Assembly: GCA_947479455.1 (NCBI GenBank)
Contig: CANJZE010000002.1
Coordinates: 29,458 to 93,457, forward strand
Origin: Bacteroidota bacterium
Lineage (GTDB): Bacteria; Bacteroidota; Bacteroidia; Chitinophagales; LD1
DNA length: 64,000 bases
Direction: 5' to 3'
Part shown: piece after piece, positions 21,901 to 30,288 of the stretch
Layout: every line of letters begins with the position of its first letter
Position numbering within the stretch: position 1 is the stretch's first letter
Notes under the pieces: model-generated
What the model was told of the DNA's origin: nothing
The model's input: the letters and a program-made list of their open reading frames with translations, nothing else
Database searches by the model: none
Position numbers and translations under genes: made by a program

Positions 21901-23677
21901 CATTGCCACGAATATCTTTATAGCTTAAATGAGCTTGCCCGTTTTCATCGAGCAACATTTCTTTTTTGTATCGCGAAGCAGAACCAGCATCGTTGCCAAA
22001 CATTTTGTCTAATTCATTTTGCGATGGCACACCGTAAAACATTTTCTGTTCATGTCCACCGCCTAATTTTAAAGTAGCTCCCGCTTTGCCAATTGTTTGC
22101 GGGCGATTAGTCAAATCAGGTAGGTAAGAAATTTGCGTAAAAGGATAACCTTCTGCATCGGGAATAAACTGATTAGCGCCAGTTTTGTCAGCATTGTTTG
22201 GGGAATAATAATTGCCTGCGCCCGATATTGTATTGAATGGTTCGGGCGAAGTGTTGCATCGGCTTCTATCGGTATCAAAATCAATTTTGCTGTAAGGTTG
22301 TCCATCACTGTTTTGGTTTAAACTTTTTTGGTAACCAATTTTGGGATGCGAACTTTTGTAGTTGAAAATCCCTAGAAGCGATTGAATATTTAATAAGTCG
22401 CCATATATCAACCACGGCATAGATGGCCATATGTTTAAGCCATGGTAAGTCTCGCCCAAAACTCCACTTCCTAATCCGCCACCTACACTGCCCGTACCTG
22501 TACTTGATGAAGCACTTGAAGAAGAAGTTGTTGTTGTCTCAGGTTTTATAGCCGCAGGTAAAGTTTGTATGGCAGGTCGCCCTTGATAATCGTAAATAGT
22601 TTCACTCACGATTAAATTCAAATCAGTTTGCGAAGCACCCACCACTTGTCGCGCGCGCAATGAGCCATCAAAATAACTCACCGCTTCTTTATGCAAATCA
22701 TCACCGGCAAAACTGCCCACATACTGCCAATTCATTTTATCGCGCTCATGAATTAATGTTGCCGAAATTTGGTAAACGTGTTTTACATCGGTAGGAATAC
22801 TGGTTCCACTGTTCGCTTCGAACACATCCCAATTACCATATTCCAATTCATCAAAATTGGTTCCCTTTAAACCAACCGCACGAACGCGCGTTAGTACATA
22901 GCCTTGCTCAAACACCAACGGAATTTCCAATTCAGTTTGTTGCGTACTCACCCGTGTACTGTTGTGCCGAAAGTTGTAGGCAATTTCTGTTGCAGGTTTT
23001 TCACCGCCTAAAATTCCGTTGTAATTATCTACATACATCCACTCCACATCATAGCGTTCTGCCCACGGCAAACCTTCCCAACGCAATTTCAAAAAGCCAT
23101 TGTTGCTCGATGCTTTGAAATCAAGCACACTTGGCTTTTCCGCAATGTTTGGGGTAAATATTTTCTCCCCGCCATACTGTAAATAAAGGGCAAACGAACT
23201 ATCGCTAATCGCCATGGCCGGGTCAACTAAAATTTTAAGCGTAGTAACTTTCGCCCAAATGGCATTGGGAATGGTGAAATAATCTTTTGCCTTGTAAGGT
23301 GCGCCAGCGTTAGGATTGTAATTGATAGAAAGAATAGCACTATCGTTGCGCAGAGTTGCACTGGTAAACGTTTTATACTCAAAACGACATTTTACTTTCA
23401 CTTGAAATGCTGTTCTGCCCGGTGCCGCCAAAGCAGGATTCACAAAAAGCGTAGCGGTAATTCCTGCTTGTTTATGCTTGAAGGTAGAACTCGTAGAACG
23501 CACCACACCCAATGCATTGCAATACTGCGCATCATAAATAGTATCCAGCAAAAACTTGGTGTCGGTCAACACTTTTATGCTGTCGGCTGTGCGCACCACT
23601 GGTTGCGGATTATCGGTTTTTGCCAATAAAAATTGAGCGAAGAAAACCAGTGCTATGGGTAGTATGAACTTTTTCAT
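15998..23677 (-). CDS. Rhs/YD-repeat protein with RHS-associated core and ~297-aa C-terminal tip (putative polymorphic toxin)
   Basis: Signal peptide, Fn3-like segment, SYFDG...ETIYDYQGRP, YD repeats, DYYPFGM, YRYGFQGME, RQYDPRVCRWMSVDP...SPYVAFMNNPISVGDANG. Confidence 0.9.
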   Translation of the reverse strand: MKKFILPIALVFFAQFLLAKTDNPQPVVRTADSIKVLTDTKFLLDTIYDAQYCNALGVVRSTSSTFKHKQAGITATLFVNPALAAPGRTAFQVKVKCRFEYKTFTSATLRNDSAILSINYNPNAGAPYKAKDYFTIPNAIWAKVTTLKILVDPAMAISDSSFALYLQYGGEKIFTPNIAEKPSVLDFKASSNNGFLKLRWEGLPWAERYDVEWMYVDNYNGILGGEKPATEIAYNFRHNSTRVSTQQTELEIPLVFEQGYVLTRVRAVGLKGTNFDELEYGNWDVFEANSGTSIPTDVKHVYQISATLIHERDKMNWQYVGSFAGDDLHKEAVSYFDGSLRARQVVGASQTDLNLIVSETIYDYQGRPAIQTLPAAIKPETTTTSSSSASSSTGTGSVGGGLGSGVLGETYHGLNIWPSMPWLIYGDLLNIQSLLGIFNYKSSHPKIGYQKSLNQNSDGQPYSKIDFDTDRSRCNTSPEPFNTISGAGNYYSPNNADKTGANQFIPDAEGYPFTQISYLPDLTNRPQTIGKAGATLKLGGGHEQKMFYGVPSQNELDKMFGNDAGSASRYKKEMLLDENGQAHLSYKDIRGNVVATALAGDPPLAYAAVSHGEAINIQLNLIEQDNRVYEATQSLVSQNSLLLSKTSTVQFSYTLTAPSFSGNYCGGGSFCYDCIYDLEIIVRNECGDSVWGKTQTIGSLTPLNTCAAASVNLNQTVTLNAGNYFVGKRLTVNRNAIQQYVNDYKVQHPCVLPLTPYLPSAGLGGASDPCNSPCNTCPLSTIDTSRNYAVRQADGSILNMHLAVNRRAANDGNCTRYCNTGPPSPCATALEVLLSDVSPSGQYGEYMDTTLRHTATARDIVNPRAFSVSVLNDSNSLPIVNGNWRNPVFDYQNKDGSVAYIEIANDGTPDFRDVEILTRDGKRFVKPRFLNRVEDFIRYWQPQWAEALVAYHPEYPYYNWCINHQDSYSYDSLAQQTNTYLQATSEHLTNRETNDPFFRAEPSAVSTLTNSLDNFLPLTGFGFLKMEEAVYLAVNCNNVNLSATQVYDSVHGKALYTRYTVADKEWTFYRDFYLLKKHKAHDIARRNWITARGFFLNNQIGNDSRDAVPNVLYADKTKRFNDVEDGLEHLPVEIDSITEASISEWRNAAAAQMRTQCGGSIAGYDLTSFLNALVLEKKLKQSLNLPSVTPLAFSKPMTRLFSDSMALAYRWNSAVTANSLQYKVSTTRGEQCVINLNKSAAYDWDSIIQLDCFSVIDAHSFTLRGRTKEDSVFQITGNSSCMDFMMTTTTRVCVKQASADEMAVLMKYIFQANRFRNTNLLLRDARTYHSPIGEALREQTARADRWTWKFISLSESDRVLTADLAVRVLGLPASGTFSGTDSRTVNCPFVLRVLTAGFSFNDVAEIIDISRVTTTTTCNVSDFILTARKSNGAIFKIQGTSCYTLYKCCQSGNQSSHTGVCCLPIVPKMNFERTCGQDAHDVAETNRLRDEINRAEMAADSFEQTLVQHCLRAAENFSANYTDAIYQITLSYFDRAGNLIKTISPKGVQLLTDAQLNSVRNYRRSGGTPTLPSHTMATTYRYNSFNQLVQKNSPDEGITRFCYDQNGRTIMSQDAVQVSANACTFNLYDANDRVYESGRRNFSGTLPSFQLYQDFKNETEHLTGSAKAEITRTVYDVLPTVATSYFSSTKKNLRNRVASITSEEVNGTMAHAIYFDYDVAGNTRNMVQDLRQVKSLAPSAFSTIGSNIKKISYDYNLVSGKVKRVWYQKNQSDQFIHWYQYDDDGKLLKVQTGTNPNEMETLRELDAQYFYYPHGLLARVELGAEKIQGIDYAYTINGMMKGINSGNANVLNDIGNDGGSGAAHGHFMADVFGESLNYFNEDYKSISSTAAEFSTTTSGDLATGFSKPLYNGFIQNTISTLNVGGILSNEKMAARGFKYDQAGRLNEMKMIFASNTSNSIGGTFSDDYKMNLSYDANGNIATLLRRGKGADMDNLTYNYPTNNRLSYIDDAVGGVVGNDLHDQADGNYRYDNCGRLTRDLNGQLDLLQWNNKNKLKQVQKIAGETIQYGYDAFGNRAWRKNSSGVEFYVNDAQGNTLASYKVNGSELRCENINIYGSARIGSYNLNEIVQTETAVRDSFLRGLKRYEIVNHSGDVQAVVSDKRVRTSSVSSADIISATDYYPFGMVMPNRSFGTRTYRYGFQGMECDSAVAGDGNSYTTEFRQYDPRVCRWMSVDPMENKYPDMSPYVAFMNNPISVGDANGADPLTAQQFSNRLMEIATRDMRLMEGMSMDEMLTHIARELMEDGTLQILEMPAGAIESSEEQVRTFTSVGEVSEYLQSNATSTVEFVHEALDSYFGLQLALRATGLRDAARRAAYMPRRGRAGTAARARYERYAAARLRAGQQAARAERAAFRASTRGRIMRGVGAALAVHSFLSTAWDVYQIYVAWEGGAYGTAVDRSIGLGLDVGAGALMAAGYFYSAGAVMVVAEVGGWGSMSMSHAGDTYDAFFKAGLSVQQADFLIHMVSEIDRIRREHIDEDVAPSRMTTGGGSTGRRGRH

Positions 23678-23678
23678 A

Positions 23679-26600
23679 TTATCTGGTTTTAGGTTTTGCT
23701 GAACGAATTTCCTGTAGCGTTACAATGTTGTCTTCTACTTCTTTTTTGTTGCGCACTAAATTTCCTTCGTTGTCGTACTCATACATGGCGGCATAATTAT
23801 TTTCATCGAGCGTAGCCATCAAACGTAGTGTTTGCGGGTCATACACAAACGTTTTCATTTGGCTGTTGAAAGGCTGAATGCGAATGTCATCGTACCATGC
23901 TGTAACACCTGGCGGACTTAACTCCACTTTTATACTACGTACGTTTTCGGGTATAGTAAACTCGGCATTGATTTGTTTCCAGCCATCAATGCTTTTGCCT
24001 TCGCGCGATACTGCGGCAAGCGTAGTTTCGGCACCACTGCTATTGGTTATTTTAATTTTCACATCGCCCATTGCACCGGTTAACCCTGTAAGTGTTCCCG
24101 CCACTCCACTAAAATTTATAGGCGAAATATTATTGATGAGGTTGCCAATGTTTTGCAAAACATTAGTTCCGCTACCTATTGAAGTGGAAGGAGCAGGAGC
24201 ATCTGTTCGCATCCATGCACTGAAAAAATATTTGCCTGCGTTGGGTGTAAACGGTTGAATTAAATTATTGCGCGTGGCGGTAAACACACTGGATGATGAA
24301 GAAGGCGCAACAGCATCTTCCAAGGCATTAAAATTTCGCGTCAACGAAACGGCATCGGTTACTTTCAAACTGCTGTAACCAGTGTGGCTTACGTTGTCAA
24401 CTACTTTTGCACTTGCTGTATCAAATTTGAAATGTGGCAGTATTGGGCAGTTGTTCCAAGGATTATCAGCTTCGTTTTTATATTGATAATCTTCAAATCC
24501 ATCATACGCAGTATTCATATATCGCGCGTTTTGCGCGGCAAGAATGGGCAACGAAAAACCATAGCCGAAAACTTCACTGCTATAAATACCTACACTGTTT
24601 TTGCTTTCCATATTTCTGCCGTAAGGGTCAAAAACGGTTGCGGCAGTTTCATATTGCCAAGGAGAATTTTCGGAACGTGCCGAAACAGAAAGCGGAAATG
24701 TGTTGCTGAAAAAAGAACGAAATTCTCCTGCTAAAGTTCCACCTGTAGCCACTGTATTTCCTTCGCGCTCGCTACGATAAGTGTAGTCTGCTTTTTTTCG
24801 CCAGTTGCCCAAAATGCCGTTGATAAAAGGATTGACTACACCGCTTCCACTTGGGGCGCAAGTCAATTCACCGCGCCCAACATAATTTTCATGACAAAGC
24901 AAAAAAGGAAAACACGAAGTAGTAACGCGAACTCGCGCTGTAGTTGTTGTTTGCCCACCGTGTGTTATGTTGGTGCTTAATCCACCAGGATAGGTAATGG
25001 TGCCGAGAGCCGTGTAAACATCATCGCATTCTGCGCGGTCGGTTGAATCGGTTTGTGTTAAGTCTAAAGTGAAACCCAAAATGGTTTCAGGAAATGTGGT
25101 ACGATGGTCAGCCATTTCAATTTTAATATTGCATGAACTGCTATCGGCATTGATAATTTGCCCGTCAATTTGTGTTCCGTTTTTTATGCCATTGAAAATT
25201 CGCGGCTCCATGTCAATGGTATTATGCAAGAACGAAGCGAAGTCGGCATAAGGTGAAGTTTGTAGCGAGATTGCAGTTCTTTTAAAATCGCCATTGGCAA
25301 AAAGAGTTTGCAAAAAGGATTGCATAAAATCTTTAGCGCTCTTGCCTACTTTGTTTCCATACTGCTCGCAGTTACATTGATACTGCGGTTGTGTCGTAGT
25401 GAACGCGGCATACGTTTGCCATAAGTTACTGAACTCACTTGCCGTGGCATTCACTATTCTACGCGAAGGAATTTGCAAACGATTTCCATCTATAGGGTTG
25501 GTGAGAGAAGTTACATTACCTGCTACCTCGTTGAGGTGATTTTTTCTTCCGCTTCGCGTAATTTCAATGCCGTAAGTGCCAGGCTCAGTAATCGCATTCC
25601 CTCTTTCATCAATAAGTGAGATGCCAAAAGCATTTACTGCATATACCCAAGCTTTTTTAGGTGGGGCAACAACCGTTCTGCCACTTAAACCGGGAATAAT
25701 TTCTGGAACAGAAGAACGAAAATTGCGAATGTGCAATTCATCGCCCACAGAAAAAACACTTTCATAACCACCGCCAATAGGTAAGGTGATATTCATTTTA
25801 ACCCCGCAATTTTTATACGCGGCATCCATGCCCCCATTCACCCAATAGGCAGGAATGTTCAGCGAATATTCAGTGGAATCAAATTCATTCTTCGCTTCGC
25901 TTAAAATTCCCTCTCCGGTTTGTTTGTCATATAAAGTTGTAGCAGCACTTGCACTTGCTCCGTTGTTATAACTCTCCACACGCTCTAAAATTCCACTGCG
26001 GTGAATTACTTTAGTAAAAGTGAGCGCGCGATAACGCTTAAGCGCGTAACTCAAATCGGGATACCCCGAAGGTGTTATCAACGGCACCGGACCCGCCACA
26101 AAAACATCCACGTTTATATCCGCACCACCAGAATGTGTTTCTTGAAAACATTCTCGCGCATCGCTATAAAATTCATAATCAACACCCAATAAATTTTGCG
26201 AAATAATTCCTGTAGCACCGTCCACCAAATTCACGCTGTTCTCTAAATTTCCTTGTGCGTTTGTTTTGTAAAAAAACTGTTGTCCAGAAATTGGATTCAC
26301 CGAATCGGTTTGCTGAAACACATGAACTGCCTTTTGCTGTCCATGCATATTGTTCAAGTCTATACAAAACCCCTGCGACACTGTTGCTTGTTTTTCGCTG
26401 TAAAAAGGAGGGAACGGAACTTCCTTCGGATTGATTTGTAGTGGAGTTTGCGAAGTGATAGTTGGGAAATCTTTTGCTGTATAAAATTCGCTCACTGAAA
26501 ATCCGGTCGCATTCTTCGTTACGTTTTCGTGTTGCAAATTTCTAACCTTCACTTTGCTGTAACCAATGCCGGCTCCCGGGAAAAACGCTTCGCCCACAGG

Positions 26601-29600
26601 TTCGGTTTGGTACAAAGCCAAATCAATTGCCAATGGTTTTTCAATGCTATAGCGCGTAGGCAAAGCGAATGGATTTTCTTCGCCACCTGTTGGCGGTTCA
26701 TACGATGCCACACCACTGCTAATGGTGGTTTCGCGCCCGTTGATATTTTCTTTAGTCGTGTAAAAATATTCAGTGCCATACGTAGAAGTGGTTCCTGCCA
26801 CACCACTCATTTCCGCCCAACCATCAGTAACCATAATTTTTTTCACCCGCGCACCGCCACCAAATTTTACTCTGTCGGGCGAACACAAACGGATTTTGCT
26901 TTTCGATAAACAAATACGATTAGCTTGATTGCGTTTTTTAAAATAAGTATTCGGGTCGCTGAAAAATTCGCCCAATGCTTCTACGGCATCAGCCGCGGCT
27001 TGTGCAAAAAGCATAGCATCATCTTTAATCGTAGCCGAAGTGTTGTAAATCATTTCGGGCATGCTCTTTCTAATTTTTTGCCAAGCGGCTTTGGCAAAAG
27101 GATGAACACCATTTTCATCTTCTGCATTGCCATCACCGTTGGTTTGTTTCGGAATTTTGAGCCACGCGTAAGCGAAACCCGAAGGCGTGGAAGTGCTGGT
27201 GCAAAATCCATAATCCGTATTAAACGTGTTGAACGAAACGGGAATAAACCCTTCCACTTTTTCGTTGGCTGGCGGCACGCCAGCTTTGGTCAAAGTCATG
27301 GTGGCACTGAAATACAATTCATGTATATCATCAAAATATTTTCGCAATTCTTCAGGGTCAGCTGTTGGTTTTTTTAGTTTAATTTTTAGAAAATTTCGAA
27401 CCGTGTGTTGCACAGGTGGTTCACGGAAACTGTAAAGAATAGAATCCTCGTCACTTGGTGCATCGTTCTTTCTGTCGTTAGTGGTAAACGCTTGTGTGGT
27501 GTACATTTCCATGGCAGTTTTGTTTTGCACAAACGCGTAATCATCGGTTTCATAGTTTATTTTAATGCCGCTTCCTTCGGGTGTTTTTATACTGTCGAGC
27601 AACCAAGCCGCAGCATATTTATCAGCCGAATCTTTTTTCAACGCGCTATAACTTCCACTTTCATCGTCATCACTCTTTTTGAGATAGTTTCCCCAACGGT
27701 CAATTTTTTTAGGACTGTAATTCGGATTTTCGCTGTAAGAGAAATTGTAAGGACTCAACTTTCCTTTTTCGGAACTGCCATAAGTAAACGATACCTGTTT
27801 CAACGTGAGCTTACCACCATTTTCAGTAATGGAATTTGAAATGCCTTTGCACAACGAATAATCGTAACTGAAATTCACCTTCTTCAAAGGCACCGCTGCA
27901 TTGCCTTTTTGTAGTCGTTCACTTTTTGCATACAGCGTGATGCAATCCAGCTTCATCAATCGGGCAAAAGGATTTTTGCCTCCGTTTTCATTCACGACAC
28001 CTAATCCATCTTCACGAAGTGAATACGAAAACTCGGCAACATAATTTCGGGTTTCAATGGAATGAACATTCCAAATTTCTTTCACCCCATAGCTATAGTG
28101 CGCCATGTTATCGCCATCATCTGTTTTATTTCCCTCTTGATAAAACGCTTTGTTTTTTTCAACCGGCATTCGCCACGGGTAGGCTACACTGTTTTGCGTG
28201 TAATTAAATTTAGTGTAGTTGCCCAAATCATCAGGCGAGGGTCCGTTGCCAGTTAAGTCAACATAATCATCGCTCAACACACTCGACAGCAACCATGCAT
28301 AAGCATAAGCAGGCGTTGTTTCTGCTTCAAAAAAATTATCAACGCCTCTATTATTCGCCACCGTGTTGTCTGCACCAGGCATATAGCTCACCATTTTTTT
28401 TCCGTCCGGCTTTATGGTTCTGCCGGCTGTATCTTCTCCGCTAATGTTGAACGAAACATCTTTTGAAGAAATGTTGTAAGCTGGAATGCCATAGATAAAT
28501 CGTGCACCATCTGTTCGTGTAACGGTGATTTCACTCAAATGATTGTTTTTTCTGTAGCGCGAATTGCGTTGAATTTTTCTTGGTGCATTGCTCGAAGTGG
28601 TGGATGCCGCATCAGCAATCAACGGAGAAATGTTGGGCTTGTAGCTTTTAACTTCTTTTTCAAAACCATTCGTTACGGCATCGTTTGCATTGAGGTAAGC
28701 AAACATGGTGTTGCGCGGCTCACGATTTCTTTTTACAAAATTTTCATTGGTAAAACTCAATCCATTATTTCCCATTAGCAAACTTCCGTTGGTCGTTCCA
28801 TCATTATTTACACCGGCACAAATAGCGCGGTCGCGACCTATATTTAAGTATTGGTCAGCATTTGCCATAGCCGTTACTTCGCTTAAATTTTTGAAATACA
28901 CTGGCTCATACAATACATTGTTGGTGGAAGATTTAAAACCGAGTGGCTCGGCAAATCCATTTCCTTCCTGCCATTTTTTGCTTTCACTATGCGTATACAC
29001 GCCTACTACATCAACACCCACTTTTACTAAATTGCCCAAACCAACTTCGCCACCTACTTTTACCTGTGTGTTGTTTTGATAGCTGTAAGCATCGTGCAAC
29101 ATGCCCACATCACTGCGAAACGGACGAAAACTTCCAGCAATTCCCTGTCCACTTACACTATACACATCGTGCGTAAATTGGGTAACGGGTAAGTTCGGCA
29201 ATTCGGAAATAAATGCACCGTCATTATCGCGATTGAAGTCGAGCAATTGTCTGCCGCCTGAAGATTTATCGGAATAGATATAACCAAACGCAGGTACTGA
29301 ATCGCGATTGCTTACGAGATAGCTTTTGCTGTAATGCCCAGATACATTTCCGCTCAAAGCGATGTTTGAAATTTCACCACCTAATTTGAACGAGAGCAAA
29401 TACGCCTCTGAATTTTGTGGCATCTTAAACGTGGGACTGAATGCAGGCGAGGCAAACGACACAGGGAAATTTGATTTGAAGCCTTTCGATAAATGGCGCG
29501 TAACTTTTCCATGAGGCATTTTATTATTCCAACTGCCACTGAAACTGGCGTTGAGGTCAAGTGATTTTATACCATCGCGCGAAGAGGCATCTAAACCAAC

Positions 29601-30278
29601 ACCAACACCAGCTTTCGCTTTGTTGTGTCCGGCAGTTAATTCTCCGTCAAACGATAAATCGGCATTATAACTTGCTCCACCTTTATTGCTCACGCCTAAT
29701 CCTGCGCTTAATGAGCCACTCAATTCAGCATCGCCACAGGTAGTGGAGGCAGAGCCTGCGGCAGATGTACTCATGCCCACTTCCCAACCATCATAATTAT
29801 TTTTAGAAATTTCCATACCGGCATCACCACCAATCTTTGCCGCATCAAAACCCGTAAACTCAATTCCAAAACCCAACTTTACCCCACTTTCCTCTTCCGG
29901 TTTTTTGTTCATTTCTTTGGTAACAATATCTCCGGAAAAATCATCTGCCAAACCGCGCACCTCCCGCGAAATAGTGCCCACATCTAAATTCCAACCCAAA
30001 CCTACCTGTGTGGCTTCGGTTTCCATTTTCACGGCATCGCTGTTGTAGGAAATGGATATTGGGTAACCGCCTACATCCATCAACGGAATGTTGTACGAAA
30101 AATCTCCAGTGAATAAATTCACCATTTGCTGTTCATCACTTGCCGAAGCTGATTGCACTTCGGGTGTGGTGGGTCCACCCGTGAGCGCAAAAGCTCTCAT
30201 TGGTAAAATGAGTTCGATGGCTTGAATGGTTACCAATAGAAGGGCAATCTTCCGCGCGTGTTTTCTGATCTTTTTCAT
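23679..30278 (-). CDS. Giant secreted YD-type protein with an SpvB/TcB-like N-terminus and a C-terminal CBM-like domain
   Basis: Signal peptide from ATG 30278; VNLFTGDFSYNIPL..VGGYPISISYNS...VGLGWNL..G.ISR.VRG..DD; GGARVKKI; YSKVKV; KYFFSAW...WYDDIRIQP; TFVYDP...YEYDNEGNL. Confidence 0.75.
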   Translation of the reverse strand: MKKIRKHARKIALLLVTIQAIELILPMRAFALTGGPTTPEVQSASASDEQQMVNLFTGDFSYNIPLMDVGGYPISISYNSDAVKMETEATQVGLGWNLDVGTISREVRGLADDFSGDIVTKEMNKKPEEESGVKLGFGIEFTGFDAAKIGGDAGMEISKNNYDGWEVGMSTSAAGSASTTCGDAELSGSLSAGLGVSNKGGASYNADLSFDGELTAGHNKAKAGVGVGLDASSRDGIKSLDLNASFSGSWNNKMPHGKVTRHLSKGFKSNFPVSFASPAFSPTFKMPQNSEAYLLSFKLGGEISNIALSGNVSGHYSKSYLVSNRDSVPAFGYIYSDKSSGGRQLLDFNRDNDGAFISELPNLPVTQFTHDVYSVSGQGIAGSFRPFRSDVGMLHDAYSYQNNTQVKVGGEVGLGNLVKVGVDVVGVYTHSESKKWQEGNGFAEPLGFKSSTNNVLYEPVYFKNLSEVTAMANADQYLNIGRDRAICAGVNNDGTTNGSLLMGNNGLSFTNENFVKRNREPRNTMFAYLNANDAVTNGFEKEVKSYKPNISPLIADAASTTSSNAPRKIQRNSRYRKNNHLSEITVTRTDGARFIYGIPAYNISSKDVSFNISGEDTAGRTIKPDGKKMVSYMPGADNTVANNRGVDNFFEAETTPAYAYAWLLSSVLSDDYVDLTGNGPSPDDLGNYTKFNYTQNSVAYPWRMPVEKNKAFYQEGNKTDDGDNMAHYSYGVKEIWNVHSIETRNYVAEFSYSLREDGLGVVNENGGKNPFARLMKLDCITLYAKSERLQKGNAAVPLKKVNFSYDYSLCKGISNSITENGGKLTLKQVSFTYGSSEKGKLSPYNFSYSENPNYSPKKIDRWGNYLKKSDDDESGSYSALKKDSADKYAAAWLLDSIKTPEGSGIKINYETDDYAFVQNKTAMEMYTTQAFTTNDRKNDAPSDEDSILYSFREPPVQHTVRNFLKIKLKKPTADPEELRKYFDDIHELYFSATMTLTKAGVPPANEKVEGFIPVSFNTFNTDYGFCTSTSTPSGFAYAWLKIPKQTNGDGNAEDENGVHPFAKAAWQKIRKSMPEMIYNTSATIKDDAMLFAQAAADAVEALGEFFSDPNTYFKKRNQANRICLSKSKIRLCSPDRVKFGGGARVKKIMVTDGWAEMSGVAGTTSTYGTEYFYTTKENINGRETTISSGVASYEPPTGGEENPFALPTRYSIEKPLAIDLALYQTEPVGEAFFPGAGIGYSKVKVRNLQHENVTKNATGFSVSEFYTAKDFPTITSQTPLQINPKEVPFPPFYSEKQATVSQGFCIDLNNMHGQQKAVHVFQQTDSVNPISGQQFFYKTNAQGNLENSVNLVDGATGIISQNLLGVDYEFYSDARECFQETHSGGADINVDVFVAGPVPLITPSGYPDLSYALKRYRALTFTKVIHRSGILERVESYNNGASASAATTLYDKQTGEGILSEAKNEFDSTEYSLNIPAYWVNGGMDAAYKNCGVKMNITLPIGGGYESVFSVGDELHIRNFRSSVPEIIPGLSGRTVVAPPKKAWVYAVNAFGISLIDERGNAITEPGTYGIEITRSGRKNHLNEVAGNVTSLTNPIDGNRLQIPSRRIVNATASEFSNLWQTYAAFTTTQPQYQCNCEQYGNKVGKSAKDFMQSFLQTLFANGDFKRTAISLQTSPYADFASFLHNTIDMEPRIFNGIKNGTQIDGQIINADSSSCNIKIEMADHRTTFPETILGFTLDLTQTDSTDRAECDDVYTALGTITYPGGLSTNITHGGQTTTTARVRVTTSCFPFLLCHENYVGRGELTCAPSGSGVVNPFINGILGNWRKKADYTYRSEREGNTVATGGTLAGEFRSFFSNTFPLSVSARSENSPWQYETAATVFDPYGRNMESKNSVGIYSSEVFGYGFSLPILAAQNARYMNTAYDGFEDYQYKNEADNPWNNCPILPHFKFDTASAKVVDNVSHTGYSSLKVTDAVSLTRNFNALEDAVAPSSSSSVFTATRNNLIQPFTPNAGKYFFSAWMRTDAPAPSTSIGSGTNVLQNIGNLINNISPINFSGVAGTLTGLTGAMGDVKIKITNSSGAETTLAAVSREGKSIDGWKQINAEFTIPENVRSIKVELSPPGVTAWYDDIRIQPFNSQMKTFVYDPQTLRLMATLDENNYAAMYEYDNEGNLVRNKKEVEDNIVTLQEIRSAKPKTR

Positions 30279-30288
30279 ACCCAAAATT

